This document shows, one piece after another, positions 46,700-57,372 of a DNA stretch of 64,000 nucleotides. The position numbers and the translations under genes were made by a program. The notes below the pieces were generated by a model that searched no databases, was not told the origin of the DNA, and was given only the letters and a program-made list of their open reading frames with translations. The stretch's first letter is position 1, and the number at the start of each line of letters is the position of its first letter. The stretch covers positions 134,382 through 198,381 of the forward strand of contig CAVSUF010000019.1 in the NCBI GenBank assembly GCA_963731085.1, written 5' to 3'. This DNA comes from an uncultured Actinomycetota bacterium. GTDB taxonomy: Bacteria > Actinomycetota > Actinomycetes > Streptosporangiales > Streptosporangiaceae.

Positions 46700-47808
46700 C
46701 CGGCCGGGCCGGAGCGCCGCGGGCGACGCGCCCGGGGACCTGGCCGAGGCGGCGCCGCACCGCGCGGCGGGGCCAGGGGCCGGGGCGCCAGCAGCCGGAG
46801 CAGCAGCAGCCGGGGCACCGGCAGCCGGAGCGCAGGCAGCCGGGGCTCCGCCGGCCGGGGCGGCAGCAGCCTGAGCGGCGGCGGTGCCCGGAGCGGCGGG
46901 CGGCCCCGGAACGAGCGGGGCGTGACCGCCGGCTCGCGGCCCGGCTGGATCCGGGGCTGGGGCGTCGACGCCGAGCTGGCCCCGGCCCGCGAGGTCCGGG
47001 ACGGCCCGGACGATTCCCGCGACGACGACTTCGGGCCGGACGACTTCGGCCCGGAGGGACAGCGGGACTCGCTGATCGACGTGCCCGGCGGGGTCCGGCT
47101 GCAGAAGGTGCTGGCCGCCGCGGGCATCGGCAGCCGCCGCCATTGCGAGGAGCTGATCGGGGCGGGCCGGATCGAGGTGGACGGCGAGGTCGTCCGCCGG
47201 TTCGGCGCCCGGGTCGATCCCGAGCATCAGATCATCCGGGTCGACGGCAGGCGGATCGCGGCCAGCGAGAAGCTGGTCTACGTGGCCCTGAACAAGCCCG
47301 CCGGGGTGCTGACCACCATGTCGGACAGCCGCGGCCGGCAGACGATCGCCGACCTGCTCGGCGACCGCGCCGAGCGGCTGTTCCACGTCGGCCGGCTGGA
47401 CTTCGACACCGAGGGCCTGATGCTGCTGATGAACGACGGCGAACTGGCCCACCGGCTGGCCCACCCGCGCTACGGGGTGCTGAAGACCTACCTGGCCGAC
47501 GTCCCGGCCCCGCTGGCGCGGGACCTGGGCCGCCGCCTGATGAGCGGGGTCGAGCTGGAGGACGGCGTGGCCAGCGCCGACCGGTTCCGGGTGATCGAGC
47601 GGGCCGGGTCGCGCGCCCTGGTCGAGATCACCCTGCACGAGGGGCGCAAGCACATCGTCCGGCGGATGCTGGCCGAGGTCGGCCATCCGGTCAGCCGGCT
47701 GGTCCGGACCCAGGTCGGCCCGTCGCGCTCGGGTCGCTGCGGTCCGGGGCGACCCGGCGGCTGACCGTCCGCGAGGTCGGCGACCTGTACGCTGCCGTGG
47801 GGCTGTAA
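46680..47808 (+). pseudogene. rluB: pseudouridine synthase (RluB/RsuA family), about two frameshifts
   Basis: The S4 domain is VRLQKVLAAAGIGSRRHCEELIGAGRIEVDGEVV. The catalytic region is VYVALNKPAGVLTTMSD...LFHVGRLDFDTEGLMLLMNDGELAHRLAHPRYGV. The tail ALGSLRSGATRRLTVREVGDLYAAVGL is in another frame (stop 47806-47808). The start at ATG 46680 overlaps the scpB end but is tentative; GTG 46922 is the alternative. Confidence 0.85.
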
Positions 47809-47872
47809 GGAGGCGGCCTGCCAGGCAGGCGGGCCGTAAGGCAGGCACGGATGACACGAGAGGGGATAGCTG

Positions 47873-48236
47873 GTGGCGGTCAGGGCAGTCCGCGGCGCGG
47901 TGCAGGTCGAAGCCAACGACCGGGCAGCCATCCTGGAGGGCACCACCGAGCTGGTGACCGAGGTGATGGGCCGGAACCAGCTCAGCACCGATCAGGTGAT
48001 CAGCGTCATCTTCAGCGCCACCGACGACCTGGACGCCGAGTTCCCGGCGCTGGCCGCCCGCAAGCTCGGCTTCCAGGAGGTGCCGCTGCTGTGCTGCCGG
48101 GAGATCCCGGTGCCGGGCGCGATGCCGCGGGTGGTGCGGCTGATGATGCACGTCGAGACCGAGCTGACCCGGCCCGCAGGTGCAGCACGTCTACCTGCGC
48201 GGCGCGGCCGCGCTGCGGCTGGACATCGCCCAGTGA
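47873..48236 (+). pseudogene. aroH: chorismate mutase, AroH class, one frameshift near the 3' end
   Basis: MAVRAVRGAVQVEANDRAAILEGTTELVTEVMGRNQLSTDQVISVIFSATDDLDAEFPALAARKLGFQEVPLLCCREIPVPGAMPRVVRLMMHVET. The conserved end VQHVYLRGAAALRLDIAQ (stop 48234-48236) is shifted by one base. Confidence 0.85.
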
Positions 48237-48291
48237 CCCCGCCCCCGGTCCCGCCGGCGCCCGCGCCCCCGGCCGTGCCGCCTCGGCCGTC

Positions 48292-49405
48292 GTGCTCGGC
48301 ACTGCCGTCGTGATCGGCGCCGGGCTGATCGGCACGTCGGTCGCGCTGGCCCTGGCGGGCCCGCGGGCACCCGGGTCTGGCTGGCGGACGCCGACCCGGC
48401 GGCCGCCCGGCTGGCCTGCGACATCGGCGCGGGCGAGCTGCTGCCGCCGGACGGCCCGGCGGGCGGTCCCGGCGGCGGCCCGGCCGACATCGCGGTGCTG
48501 GCGGTGCCCCCCGCGGCGGTGGCGGCCGAGCTGGCCGCTGCGCAGGCCCGCGGCCTGGCCCGCTGCTACACCGACGTGGCCAGCGTGAAGGAACTCCCGC
48601 TGCGGCCGCGGCCGTGCAGCTGGGCTGCGACCTGTGCTGCTATCGTGGCCGGCCACCCGCTGGCCGGGCCGCGAGCGGTCCGGCCCGGCGGCGGCCCGGG
48701 CCGACCTGTTCCTGGGCCGGCCCTGGGTGCTGTGCCCGGGCCCGGCAGGCCACGGCGGCGGCCCTGGCCGCCGCGACCGGCCTGGTCGCGCGCCTGCGGC
48801 GCCCAGCCGGTCACGCTGACGGCGGCCGAGCACGACCGGTATGTCGCGCTGGTCTCGCACGTCCCGCAGCTGGTGGCGGCGGCCATGGCGGCCCGGCTGG
48901 ACGGGGCGCCGCACGACGCGCTGGCCCTGGCCGGGCAGGGCCTGCGGGACGTCACCCGGATCGCGGCCGGCGACCCGGCCCTGTGGCGCAGATCTTCGCC
49001 GCCAACGCCGGCCCGGTGGCCGAGATCGCCGCCCAGGTCGCCGAGGACCTGGCCGCCGCCGCGGCCGCGCTGGCCCGGGTCGCGGCGCGGCGAGGAGCGA
49101 GGACGCGGCCAAGGAGCTGACCGGGCTGCTGGAGCGCGGCGGGGCCGGCGTGGCGTCGATCCCGGGCAAGCGCGGCGGCCCGGCTCCCGACTACGCCGTC
49201 GTCCAGGTGGTCATCCCGGACCGGCCCGGCGAGCTGGCCCGGCTGTTCGACGCGGCCGGCGCGGCCGGGCATCAACATCGAGGACGTCGGCATCGAGCAC
49301 TCGCCCGGCCTGCCGTCGGGCGTGGCCGAGCTGTCGGTCCGGCCCGCGGCCGTCGAGCGGCTCACCAGTGCCTTGGCGGCCTGCGGCTGGCCGGTCCGCC
49401 GGTAG
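48292..49405 (+). pseudogene. tyrA: prephenate dehydrogenase, at least six frameshifts
   Basis: VVIGAGLIGTSVALALA (Rossmann); CYTDVASVKE; VAGHPLAG; LFLGRPWVLCP; VTLTAAEHDRYVALVSHVPQLVAAAMAA...LALAGQGLRDVTRIAAGDPALW; and the ACT-like end DYAVVQVVIPDRPGELARLFDAAG...IEDVGIEHSPG...AELSV. Stop at 49403-49405. Confidence 0.85.
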
Positions 49406-49496
49406 CATCGCCTGGTGAGCAAATCGGCCCCGAGCACGGCCAGCAGGAGACCGCCGGTGACGCCCGCGGCCGCGTGATGGCTGGACCGCTGGCCTC

Positions 49497-50171
49497 GTGA
49501 TCGCCGTCGACGGCCCGGCCGGCTCGGGCAAGTCCTCGGCCGCCCGCGGCGCGGCCCGCGCGCTGCGCCTGCGCTACCTCGACACCGGGGCCATGTACCG
49601 GGCGCTGACCTGGTGGCTGCTGGCCAGGGCACGGACACCGGCCGACCAGGCCGCGGTGCTGCGCGACTTCGGCGGCGCGGTGATCGAGATCGGCACCGAT
49701 CCGGCGGCCCCGCGGATCAGCGTGGCCGGCCAGGACGTGGCCGGCCCGATCCGGACCCGGCAGGTGTCCAACACGGTCAGCGCCGTGGCCGGCCTGCCGC
49801 CGGTCCGCGAGTACCTGATCCGCGCAGCAGCGGGACATCATCGCCGCCGCCGCCGCGGCGGCGCCGGGCATCGTGGCCGAGGGCCGCGACATCGGCACCG
49901 TGGTCGCTCCGGAGGCGCCAGGTCAAGGTGTTCCTGACCGCCAGCGAGACGATCCGGGCGCAGCGCCGGCGCCGCCGACCTGGCCGCCGACCCGGCCGCC
50001 ACCGCCGAGCTGACCCGCCAGGAGCAGGCCCGCCGGGACCGCCGCGACGCGCCGCAGATGGCCCGGGCCGCCGACGCGGTCGAGATCGACACGACCGCGC
50101 TGGGCCTGGAGCAGGTCATCGCCGAGATCGTCGGGCTGGCCCGGAGCAGGCGCCCGGTGCAGCATGGCTAG
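49497..50171 (+). pseudogene. cmk: cytidylate kinase, about three frameshifts
   Basis: GTG 49497. [40 protein letters not shown]...[18 protein letters not shown], then [30 protein letters not shown] and [20 protein letters not shown] in other frames. The stop overlaps the der start. Confidence 0.88.
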
Positions 50172-51584
50172 CGGCCAGCCGGAGGTCAGCGGCCCGGAGG
50201 CGAGCGACAGCCCGGCCGCCGCGGCCGTCCCCGTGCTGGCCGTCGTGGGCCGTCCCAACGTCGGCAAGTCGACTCTGGTGAACCGGATCCTGGGCAGCCG
50301 CCAGGCCGTCGTCGAGGACACCCCCGGCGTGACCCGGGACCGGGTCACCTACGACGCCACCTGGCGCGGCCGGGCGTTCACGCTGGTGGACACCGGCGGC
50401 TGGGACCCCGAGGCGGAGGGCAGCGTCAGCCTGGCCGCCCGGGTCGCGGCCCAGGCCCGGGTGGCGGTCGACGCCGCCGACGCGGTGCTGTTCGTGGTCG
50501 ACGCGGTGGTCGGCATCACCGACGCCGACGCGGCGGTGGCGGCCGTCCTGCGCCGGTCCCGCAAGCCGGTCGTGGTGGCGGCCAACAAGGTCGACGACGC
50601 GCCGGGCGAGTCCGACGTCGGCTCGCTGTGGGCGCTCGGCCTGGGCGAGCCGCTTTCGGTCAGCGCCCTGCACGGCCGCGGCAGCGGCGACCTGCTGGAC
50701 GCGGTGCTGGACGCGCTGCCGCAGGCGCCGGGGGAGCGCTACGACGTGTCCGGCGGGCCGCGCCGCGTGGCCCTCATCGGCCGGCCCAACGTCGGCAAGT
50801 CCAGCCTGCTCAACCGGCTGGCCGGGCAGGAGCGGGTGCTGGTCGACCCGGTGGCCGGCACCACCCGCGACCCGGTCGACGAGCTGATCGAGCTAGGCGG
50901 CAGGACCTGGCGCTTTGTCGACACGGCGGGGATCCGGCGGCGGATGCGCGAGACCCAGGGCGCGGACTACTTCGCCGCGCTGCGCACCGAGCGCGCGCTG
51001 GAGCGGGCCGAGGTGGCGGTCGTGCTGGTCGACGCCAGCGAGCCGCTGGCCGAGCAGGACCTGCGCATCATCTCCATGGTCATCGACGCGGGCCGGGCGC
51101 TGGTCATCGCCTACAACAAGTGGGACCTGGTGGACGAGGACCGACGCCACTTCCTGGACAAGGAGATCGACCGCCAGCTCCACACGGCGCGCTGGGCCCC
51201 GCCGGGTCAACGTCTCGGCCGCTACCGGCTGGCACGTGGACCGGCTGGTCCCGGCGCTGGAGACAGCGCTGGAGGGCTGGGAGACCCGGGTGCCGACCGG
51301 GAGGCTCAACGCCTGGCTGACCGCGCTGCTGGCGGCGACGCCGCCGCCGGTGCGGGGCGGGAAGCAGCCCAAGGTCATGTTCGCCACCCAGGCCGGGGTC
51401 CGGCCCCCGCACTTCGTGCTGTTCACCACGGGATTCCTGCAGGCCGGCTGACCGGCGGTTCGTGGAGCGCCGGCTGCGTGAGGAGTTCGGCTTCGCGGGC
51501 ACCCCGGTGCACGTCACCATGCGGATGCGGGAGAAGAAGCCGGGCGGTGGCAGCCGCCCGGCTCGGGGCGCGCGGCGTAGCTAG
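50164..51584 (+). pseudogene. der: ribosome biogenesis GTPase Der (EngA), two frameshifts in the KH-like C-terminal domain
   Basis: Two G domains are present: [16 protein letters not shown]...DTPGVTRDR...DTGG...NKVD and [16 protein letters not shown]...VAGTTRDP...DTAGIRRR...NKWDL. The C-terminal segments [38 protein letters not shown]...[24 protein letters not shown] and [29 protein letters not shown] are in shifted frames. Stop at 51582-51584. Confidence 0.92.
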
Positions 51585-51595
51585 TCCCGTGCCCG

Positions 51596-52102
51596 CTAGC
51601 CCGTCCCCAGGCTGAACCAGACCATCGTGCCGTTCGCGCCGCACTCGTAGCCCCACCGGTCGGCCAGCGCCTCGACCAGGAACAGCCCGTGGCCGTCGCA
51701 GGTGTACACGTCGTCCTTGACCACGGGCGTATCGCCCGCCGAGCCGCCGTCGGTGACCTCGACCCGGAGGCCGCCCGCCACCGCCAGCACCACCACGCTG
51801 ACCGCCCCGCCCGGCCGCCCGGAGCGGCTGTGCCGGACGGCGTTGGTCACCAGCTCGGACGTCAGCAGCACCGCGTTTTCCAGCATGCCCGTATCTGGCT
51901 GGCCCGTATCTGGCTGGCCCGCGTCCGATACCAGGTGGCCGCCGGCATCCGGCGGCCCGCCGGTGCGTAAGTCGCGCAGTACGTGCGCGACGAATGCACG
52001 TGCTACCCGCACGTGCTCGCCGCGGCCGGGAATGGCGATCCGGCCGAGGACAGCAGCCCCGGCCTCTCCGTTCCCGTTAAGGTCTTGAGATTTCTGACCC
52101 AT
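51596..52102 (-). CDS. ATP-binding protein, SpoIIAB/RsbW-like anti-sigma factor kinase (HATPase_c_2)
   Basis: ATG 52102. [17 protein letters not shown]...[45 protein letters not shown]...[16 protein letters not shown]. It is divergent from an XRE/DUF5753 gene, as in whiJ/abaA-type clusters. Confidence 0.8.
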   Translation of the reverse strand: MGQKSQDLNGNGEAGAAVLGRIAIPGRGEHVRVARAFVAHVLRDLRTGGPPDAGGHLVSDAGQPDTGQPDTGMLENAVLLTSELVTNAVRHSRSGRPGGAVSVVVLAVAGGLRVEVTDGGSAGDTPVVKDDVYTCDGHGLFLVEALADRWGYECGANGTMVWFSLGTG

Positions 52103-52287
52103 TTGCGTGACCAATAACACCTTTTCGGTCACTCCTTTCCCGGCTGACGCTGGAAAATGGCAGTCTGCACCATATGACCCATAAGCGCCCGGATCCGTGC
52201 ACAGAAGGCATACACGGCGTGACGCCACGTACTCATAATGGTCTGAGCATGCATGGACGCGCAAGTGCGTGGCAGGAATATTGCAGA

Positions 52288-52311
52288 CGAAATCTCAGAT
52301 GAGATCTCATC
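52288..52311. promoter_or_regulatory. candidate operator in the divergent promoter region of WhiJ-type module 1
   Basis: CGAAATCTCA (52288-52297) is followed by the perfect 14-bp palindrome GATGAGATCTCATC (52298-52311) in an AT-richer intergenic region. The 10-mer recurs, reverse-complemented, upstream of the second XRE gene at 54951-54960. Confidence 0.4.
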
Positions 52312-52422
52312 AAGCCCCGGTTTTTCAGGTATGGTGAGTCCGAAGCCCAGCAAGCGTGACAACTGTCCTATTTTGGGTCGTACGAGGATCAGCTCAGCGC
52401 TTTCCTTCACGTAAGGGGGCGA

Positions 52423-53306
52423 ATGCCCATGACGATCGGCCCGACGGTCCGCCGCCGGCGGCTCGGCAGCGAGTTAAGGCGGCTGCGCGAGGCGCAGTCC
52501 ATCAAGCTGGAAGAGGTAGCCGAGCAGCTTGGGCTGGCGCCGTCGACGCTGTCCCGGATCGAGACCGGGAAGGCGCCCACCCGGAGCGCCTACCTGACCA
52601 CGATGCTGGACATCTACGGCGTCGACGATCCGGTCCAGAAGCGGATGCTCGTCGACATGGCCCGCGAGGGCCACCGCAAGGGCTGGTGGGCGGTCTGGGA
52701 GGACGCGCTTCCCACCGGGTTCGGGATCTACGTCGGGCTGGAGGCCGAGGCGGCCTCGCTGCGGGTCTACGAGGCGCAGGTCGTGCACGGCCTGCTGCAG
52801 ACCGAGGAGTACGCCCGGACGGTCATGACGACGGTGCGCCGCCGGCAGACCCCGGCCGAGATCGACCACCTGGTCAGGCTCCGGATGCGGCGCCAGGAAG
52901 CGCTGTACGAAGCCGGACCCGCTGGAGCTGTGGATCATCCTGGACGAGGCCGTGATCCGCCGGGCCATGGGTCCGCCCGACCTGATGCAGCGCCAGCTGA
53001 CCCAGCTCGTGCGAGGCGAGCCAGATGCCGAACATCACGCTGCAGGTGCTGGAGTTCAGCAGCGGGTTGCACCCGGCCCTGAACGGGCCGTTCGCGATCA
53101 TCGAGTTCCCCGAGCGGTTCGACCCGGACGTCGTCTACTCCGAGGGCGTCGTCGGGCAGGCCTACGTCGAGGAGCGCGAGAAGGAGGTCAAGGCCCAGGT
53201 CGAGGCCTTTGACCTGCTCCGCGCCACCGCCCTGCCCCCGGCCGATTCCGTCGACCTCATTCGCACCATCAGTATCGCAGATGCACCTGATTCAAGGAAA
53301 GGATAA
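52423..53306 (+). pseudogene. XRE-family HTH regulator with DUF5753 domain (WhiJ-like), about three frameshifts
   Basis: The HTH is LGSELRRLREAQSIKLEEVAEQLGLAPSTLSRIETGK. Then come GWWAVWEDALPTGFGIYVGLEAEAASLRVYEAQVVHGLLQTEEYAR, LWIILDEAVIRRAMGPPDLMQRQL and ITLQVLEFSSGLHPALNGPFAIIEFPE...VVYSEGVVGQAYVEE spread over three frames. Confidence 0.8.
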
Positions 53307-53312
53307 TCCGGC

Positions 53313-53526
53313 ATGAACCCCGATATGTCCGGCGTTACCTGGCTCACCAGCCGCGCCTGCAACAACTCGGCCTGCGTTCAGGTGGCACATCTGCCCGGCG
53401 GCCATGTGGCGCTTGCGCGATTCCAAGGACACCAGCAAGCCCGCGCACGTCTTTGACCGGGACGAGTGGGAGCGCCTTCCTGTCCGGCGTCAAGAACGGC
53501 GAGTTCGACCAGCCGGCCGGATAGGC
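53313..53526 (+). pseudogene. DUF397 domain protein, two frameshifts
   Basis: MNPDMSGVTWLTSRACNNSACVQVAHLPGGHVAL, then RDSKDTSKPAHVFDRDEWE, then AFLSGVKNGEFDQPAG. The typical DUF397 pattern (W.KSS.S....CVEVA....V.vRDSK........f....W..F) is reconstituted only by removing one base near 53412 and one near 53478. Confidence 0.75.
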
Positions 53527-53603
53527 AGCCAGATAGCAGCAGGCCGGCGGCCGGGGAATGCCCCGGCCGCCGGCCTGTGTCAGCCGCAGGCCCGTTATAG
53601 CCG

Positions 53604-53840
53604 TCAGGCGGACGTGCCGAACTCGCCGTCGCGGGCACCGCCGAGGAAGGCGTCCCACTCGCCGCGGGTGAAGATCAGGGCCGGGCCATCGGGCTGGCGG
53701 GAGTTGCGCATGGCCACCTCGCCGTCCGGCAGGAACGCCACCTCCACGCAGTTCCCGCCGGTCGGGCCGCTGCGGGTGCTCTTCATCCAGCGCGCCCCGG
53801 TGATCGCCGAGGCGGGCATGCCGTTGCGGGTGTTCGTCAC
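53604..53840 (-). CDS. DUF397 domain protein
   Basis: GTG 53840 is preceded by GGAGGAAA. VTNTRNGMPASAITGARWMKSTRSGPTGGNCVEVAFLPDGEVAMRNSRQPDGPALIFTRGEWDAFLGGARDGEFG. In this sequence it shares a frame with the upstream XRE gene, with no intervening stop. Confidence 0.8.
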   Translation of the reverse strand: MTNTRNGMPASAITGARWMKSTRSGPTGGNCVEVAFLPDGEVAMRNSRQPDGPALIFTRGEWDAFLGGARDGEFGTSA

Positions 53841-54711
53841 GTGGTTTCCTCCGAGTTCGCTGAGCTCGTCGAGCAGGTCGCGGATGAACGCCTTGGTCTG
53901 CTCGGGCGTCGGGCTGGTCGCGCCGATCTTGTCCAGCGCGGCGGTGTACTGCTCGACGTCGGTGCGCTTGTCCAGGTACATGGCGCTGGTGACCTGCTCG
54001 ATGTAGACCACGTCGGGCAGGTCGGCGGTGGCGAACTTGAGGATGCTGAAGCTGCCGGGCACGAGATAGGAGGCGCCGTCGGGGAAGGGCGTCACCTGGA
54101 GCGTGAGGCCGGGCCGGTCGCTGACCTCGAGCAGGTACTCAAGCTGCGCCGCGCATCAGCGCGCGGTTGCCCACCGGGCGGCGCAGCGCCATCTCGTCGA
54201 TCAGCGCCCACAGCCGCAGTCCGCCCGACGTGAACCGCCGCTGCCGCTCCTTGCGCAGGAATACCAGCCGGTCGGTCTCCTCCAGGGAGAACTCGCCCAG
54301 CTCGATCACCGCGCTGGCGTACTCCTCGGTCTGCAGCAGGCCGGGCACGAACTGGGAGTCGTAGCTGCGGATGGACTCGGCCGACTCCTCCAGCCCGATG
54401 TAGGACTGGAACCAGCCCGGCAGCACGTCCTGGTACCGGTGCCACCAGCCCGGCTGGTTGGCCTGGCTGGCCAGCGACAGCATCTGCTCGCGCTCGTCGT
54501 GGTCGGTGATGCCGTACAGGGTGAGCAGGTCGGCGATGTCGACCTCGCGGAAGGCGTTGCGCCCTAACTCGATCCGGCTGATCTTCGACTCGGAGGCGCG
54601 GATGGCCTGGGCGGCCTCGTGCGCGGTGACGCCCCGTGACTCCCGGAGCCGGCGTAGCTGGGTGCCGAGGAGGATCCGCAGGACAGTCGGGCCAGCGACC
54701 TCATCCGTCAT
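53837..54711 (-). pseudogene. XRE-family HTH regulator with DUF5753 domain (WhiJ-like), at least one frameshift; 3' end ambiguous
   Basis: LGTQLRRLRESRGVTAHEAAQAIRASESKISRIELGRN (HTH); GWWHRYQDVLPGWFQSYIGLEESAESIRSYDSQFVPGLLQTEEYA; then, after a shift near 54140, LEYLLEVSDRPGLTLQVTPFPDGASYLVPGSFSILKFATADLPDVVYIEQVTSAMYLDK. A GTGA start/stop overlap with the DUF397 gene would be restored by one more 1-nt shift. Confidence 0.78.
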
Positions 54712-54873
54712 GACTCGTACTCCGTCTCGCCGGTGACCCGGCCCGGGCGCGAGCCCGGGGTGACGGTCCGGCGATCATCTTGTGGGTTCAGCATCTTATG
54801 GGTGGACGTTACCCGGGTGGTGCACCAGGTGCTTTGGCGCCGGTTCTGCAACCACAGCGCCGGGTAAATGCCG

Positions 54874-54889
54874 TTACGCAATTGCGTAA
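54874..54889. promoter_or_regulatory. perfect 16-bp palindrome upstream of the second WhiJ-like gene
   Basis: TTACGCAATTGCGTAA lies in the AT-richer region between XRE gene 2 (start 54711, minus) and the aldo-keto reductase gene (start 55177, plus). Confidence 0.4.
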
Positions 54890-55176
54890 TAGTTCCAGCC
54901 GCTACGTGAAGAACATTCGCCAATCGCCAGCCAGTTCATGATATCGCAGATGAGATTTCGCGCCAGCCCTAGTCCCCGCTGACTATCGGTGGCCGATTGG
55001 CCCCGGCTGGCTGCGCTACGTAACCATAGCGCATGTGAGCGTGACCACGTGGCCGGTGCCGGCGAATCGGGCCCGGCCGCTACGATCGGGGGCGGGGCCG
55101 GCCGGGCGGCTGCGGCATGCACCGCCCGCGGACGAGAGCTTTCAGCAACGGGCTGCGTGAGTAGAGAGCAGGAGAC

Positions 55177-56123
55177 ATGCGCTACAGGCCGCTGGGCAAC
55201 TCCGGGCTGGTCGTGTCCGTCGTCGGGCTCGGCTGCAACAACTTCGGCCGCCGCCTGGACGTCGCGGCCACCCGCGCGGTCGTGGACGCGGGGCTCGAGG
55301 CCGGGATCACGCTGCTCGACACCGCGGAGACCTACGGCGGCTCGGGGCGCTCCGAGGAGATCCTGGGCGAGGTGCTGGCGGGCCGCCGGGACCAGGTCGT
55401 GCTGGCCACCAAGTTCGGGCACTACGCGGCGGACATGGGCTACGGCCCGGCCGCCGGGGCCAGGGGCGGCCGCGGCCTACATCCGGCGCGCGGTGGAGAA
55501 CTCGCTGCGCCGGCTGCGCACCGACTACATCGACCTGTACCAGATCCACACCCCCGACCCGCCGGACGCCCGTCGAGGAGACCCTGGCCGCCCTGGCGAG
55601 CTGGTAGCCGAGGGCAAGGTCCGCTACATCGGCAACTCCAACTACCCCGGCTGGCAGATCGCCGAGGCCGCCGCCGCGGCCCGCGCGCTGGGCGTCCCGC
55701 CGTTCATCTCGGCCCAGAACCACTGGTCCCTGCTGGAGCGCGCCGCCGAGGCCGAGGTGGTACCCGCCGCGATCCACTTCGGCCTGGGCGTCCTGCCGTA
55801 CTTCCCGCTGGCCAACGGCCTGCTCACCGGGCAAGATCCGGCGCGGCCAGGAGGCCCGCGAGGGCACCCGGCTGTACCAGCGCGAGGGCTACGTCACGGA
55901 GGAGAAGCTGGACCAGGTCGAGGCGCTGGCCCTGTGGGGGCAGCAGCGCGACAAGTCGGTGCTGGAGGTGGCCATCGCCGCGCTGGCCGCGCGGCCGGGC
56001 TGCGGCTCCGTCATCGCCGGCGCGACCTCGGCCGAGCAGGTCCAGGCCAACGCCGCGGCCGCCGACTGGGCGCCCGAGGCCGACGACCTGGCCGAGATCG
56101 ACAAGATCATGCCCCGCTCCTGA
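55177..56123 (+). pseudogene. aldo/keto reductase, at least four frameshifts
   Basis: MRYRPLGNSGLVVSVVGLGCNNFG...LLDTAETYGGSGRSEEILGEVLAGRRDQVVLATKFG; YIRRAVENSLRRLRTDYIDLYQIHTPDP; LVAEGKVRYIGNSNYPGWQIAEA...ISAQNHWSLLER...GVLPYFPLANGLLTG; and the tail VIAGATSAEQVQANAAAADW. Stop at 56121-56123. Confidence 0.85.
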
Positions 56124-56183
56124 CCGGCGCCGGACCAGCAACCCGAGAATAAGGAGAAACGACGGCGCAACCGCGGGCCCGGT

Positions 56184-56998
56184 TCACGAGCCGGACTGCG
56201 CCGCCGGAACAGGGCCGCGATGGCGCTGCCGAACCGGGCCGAGTACGACACGCTCGGGGTGTCGCCGCCGTGCTCGTAGCCGCCGATCACGCCGATAACC
56301 TGGCCCGCCCCGGTGGCCCCGCTGACGTGCGCCAGGAACGGGCCGCCGCTCGTGCCGTTGGTGTAGTCGGTGCAGAAGAACACCATCTGCCGCAGGTGGA
56401 ACCGGTCGAACGGCGCGGGCCGGCGCGTCACAGAACACCGGCAGCTCGGCGCCGTCGGGATAGCCCACGACGCGGACCTGCTCCGGCAGGCGGCTGCGGG
56501 TGGCCAGCGTCTCGCCGCCGGTGTACCGCTGGATGCGGCGGCCGCGCTCGCCCGCCGACCAGGAACGCCACGTCATCGTCGGGGTCCTGGTGCGCCTGCC
56601 AGGCCCGGTCGGTATAGGCGGCGCGGATGACCCAGCGGCCGTAGGGATAGGTCCCGTCGTGGTAGCCGGGCGCGAACATCAGCCCGGACAGGCTCTTGCC
56701 CAGCAGGCAGTGGGCCGCGGTGACGACCAGGTTCTGGTGCCTTGCTGCGGAGCACGCTGGCCGTGCAGAAGTGCGTCAGCCGGCCGTTCTCGCGGTAGAA
56801 CAGCGCGCCGACCGCGGGCGTCCCGCTGAACACGTTGGCGTCCGCCACGTTCAGCTGCGCGGCCAGGGCCACCGGGTCGCCGGCGGCGGGCTCCATCACG
56901 AGCAGTCCGGCCGCCACGATCAGGGCGAAGGACGCGGCGGCCGCCGCGTGCCAGGCCCATCCGCTCTGCGGCCCGCTCCCGGCTGATCTCCGCATCAC
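56184..56998 (-). pseudogene. secreted trypsin-like (S1 family) serine protease, at least four frameshifts; 3' end uncertain
   Basis: The N-terminal anchor is WAWHAAAAASFALIVAAGLLV. The His motif is NLVVTAAHCLLG, the Asp region is DPDDDVAFLV, and the Ser motif is DYTNGTSGGPFL...VIGVIGGYEHGG. The fragments lie in ORFs 56573..57583, 56428..56679, 56184..56576 and 55889..56431. Confidence 0.7.
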
Positions 56999-57372
56999 GC
57001 GATCACCCGCACGGCATGCGGCCACATCCCCGGTCTGGCCCCTTCCTCCGGCGCGGGCGCGCGCCAGGCATATGGCTGGCCGCGGCGCGGCGGCTTTGCC
57101 ATCAGCAAACCCGATTCGGACCTGCCCTTTATGACCGTGTGCCTGAGGATAACAAGCAGTTTTCGGGCAGCGCCAGATCGTTACCCCAGACCGGCCAACG
57201 GTAATCCGCGCAGCCTCCCGGCGGGCGGATCCTCGCCCATCTCCGGACCATCCGCCGGCCGTACGCCGCCGCTGGTCACATTCCGGGGGGCTGCGCATTG
57301 CACGGCAGTAATCCGCGAGTAAATTACGGGTAGGGGCCAGAACGTCACGGCGAGCGATCACGGGAGCGGCGG

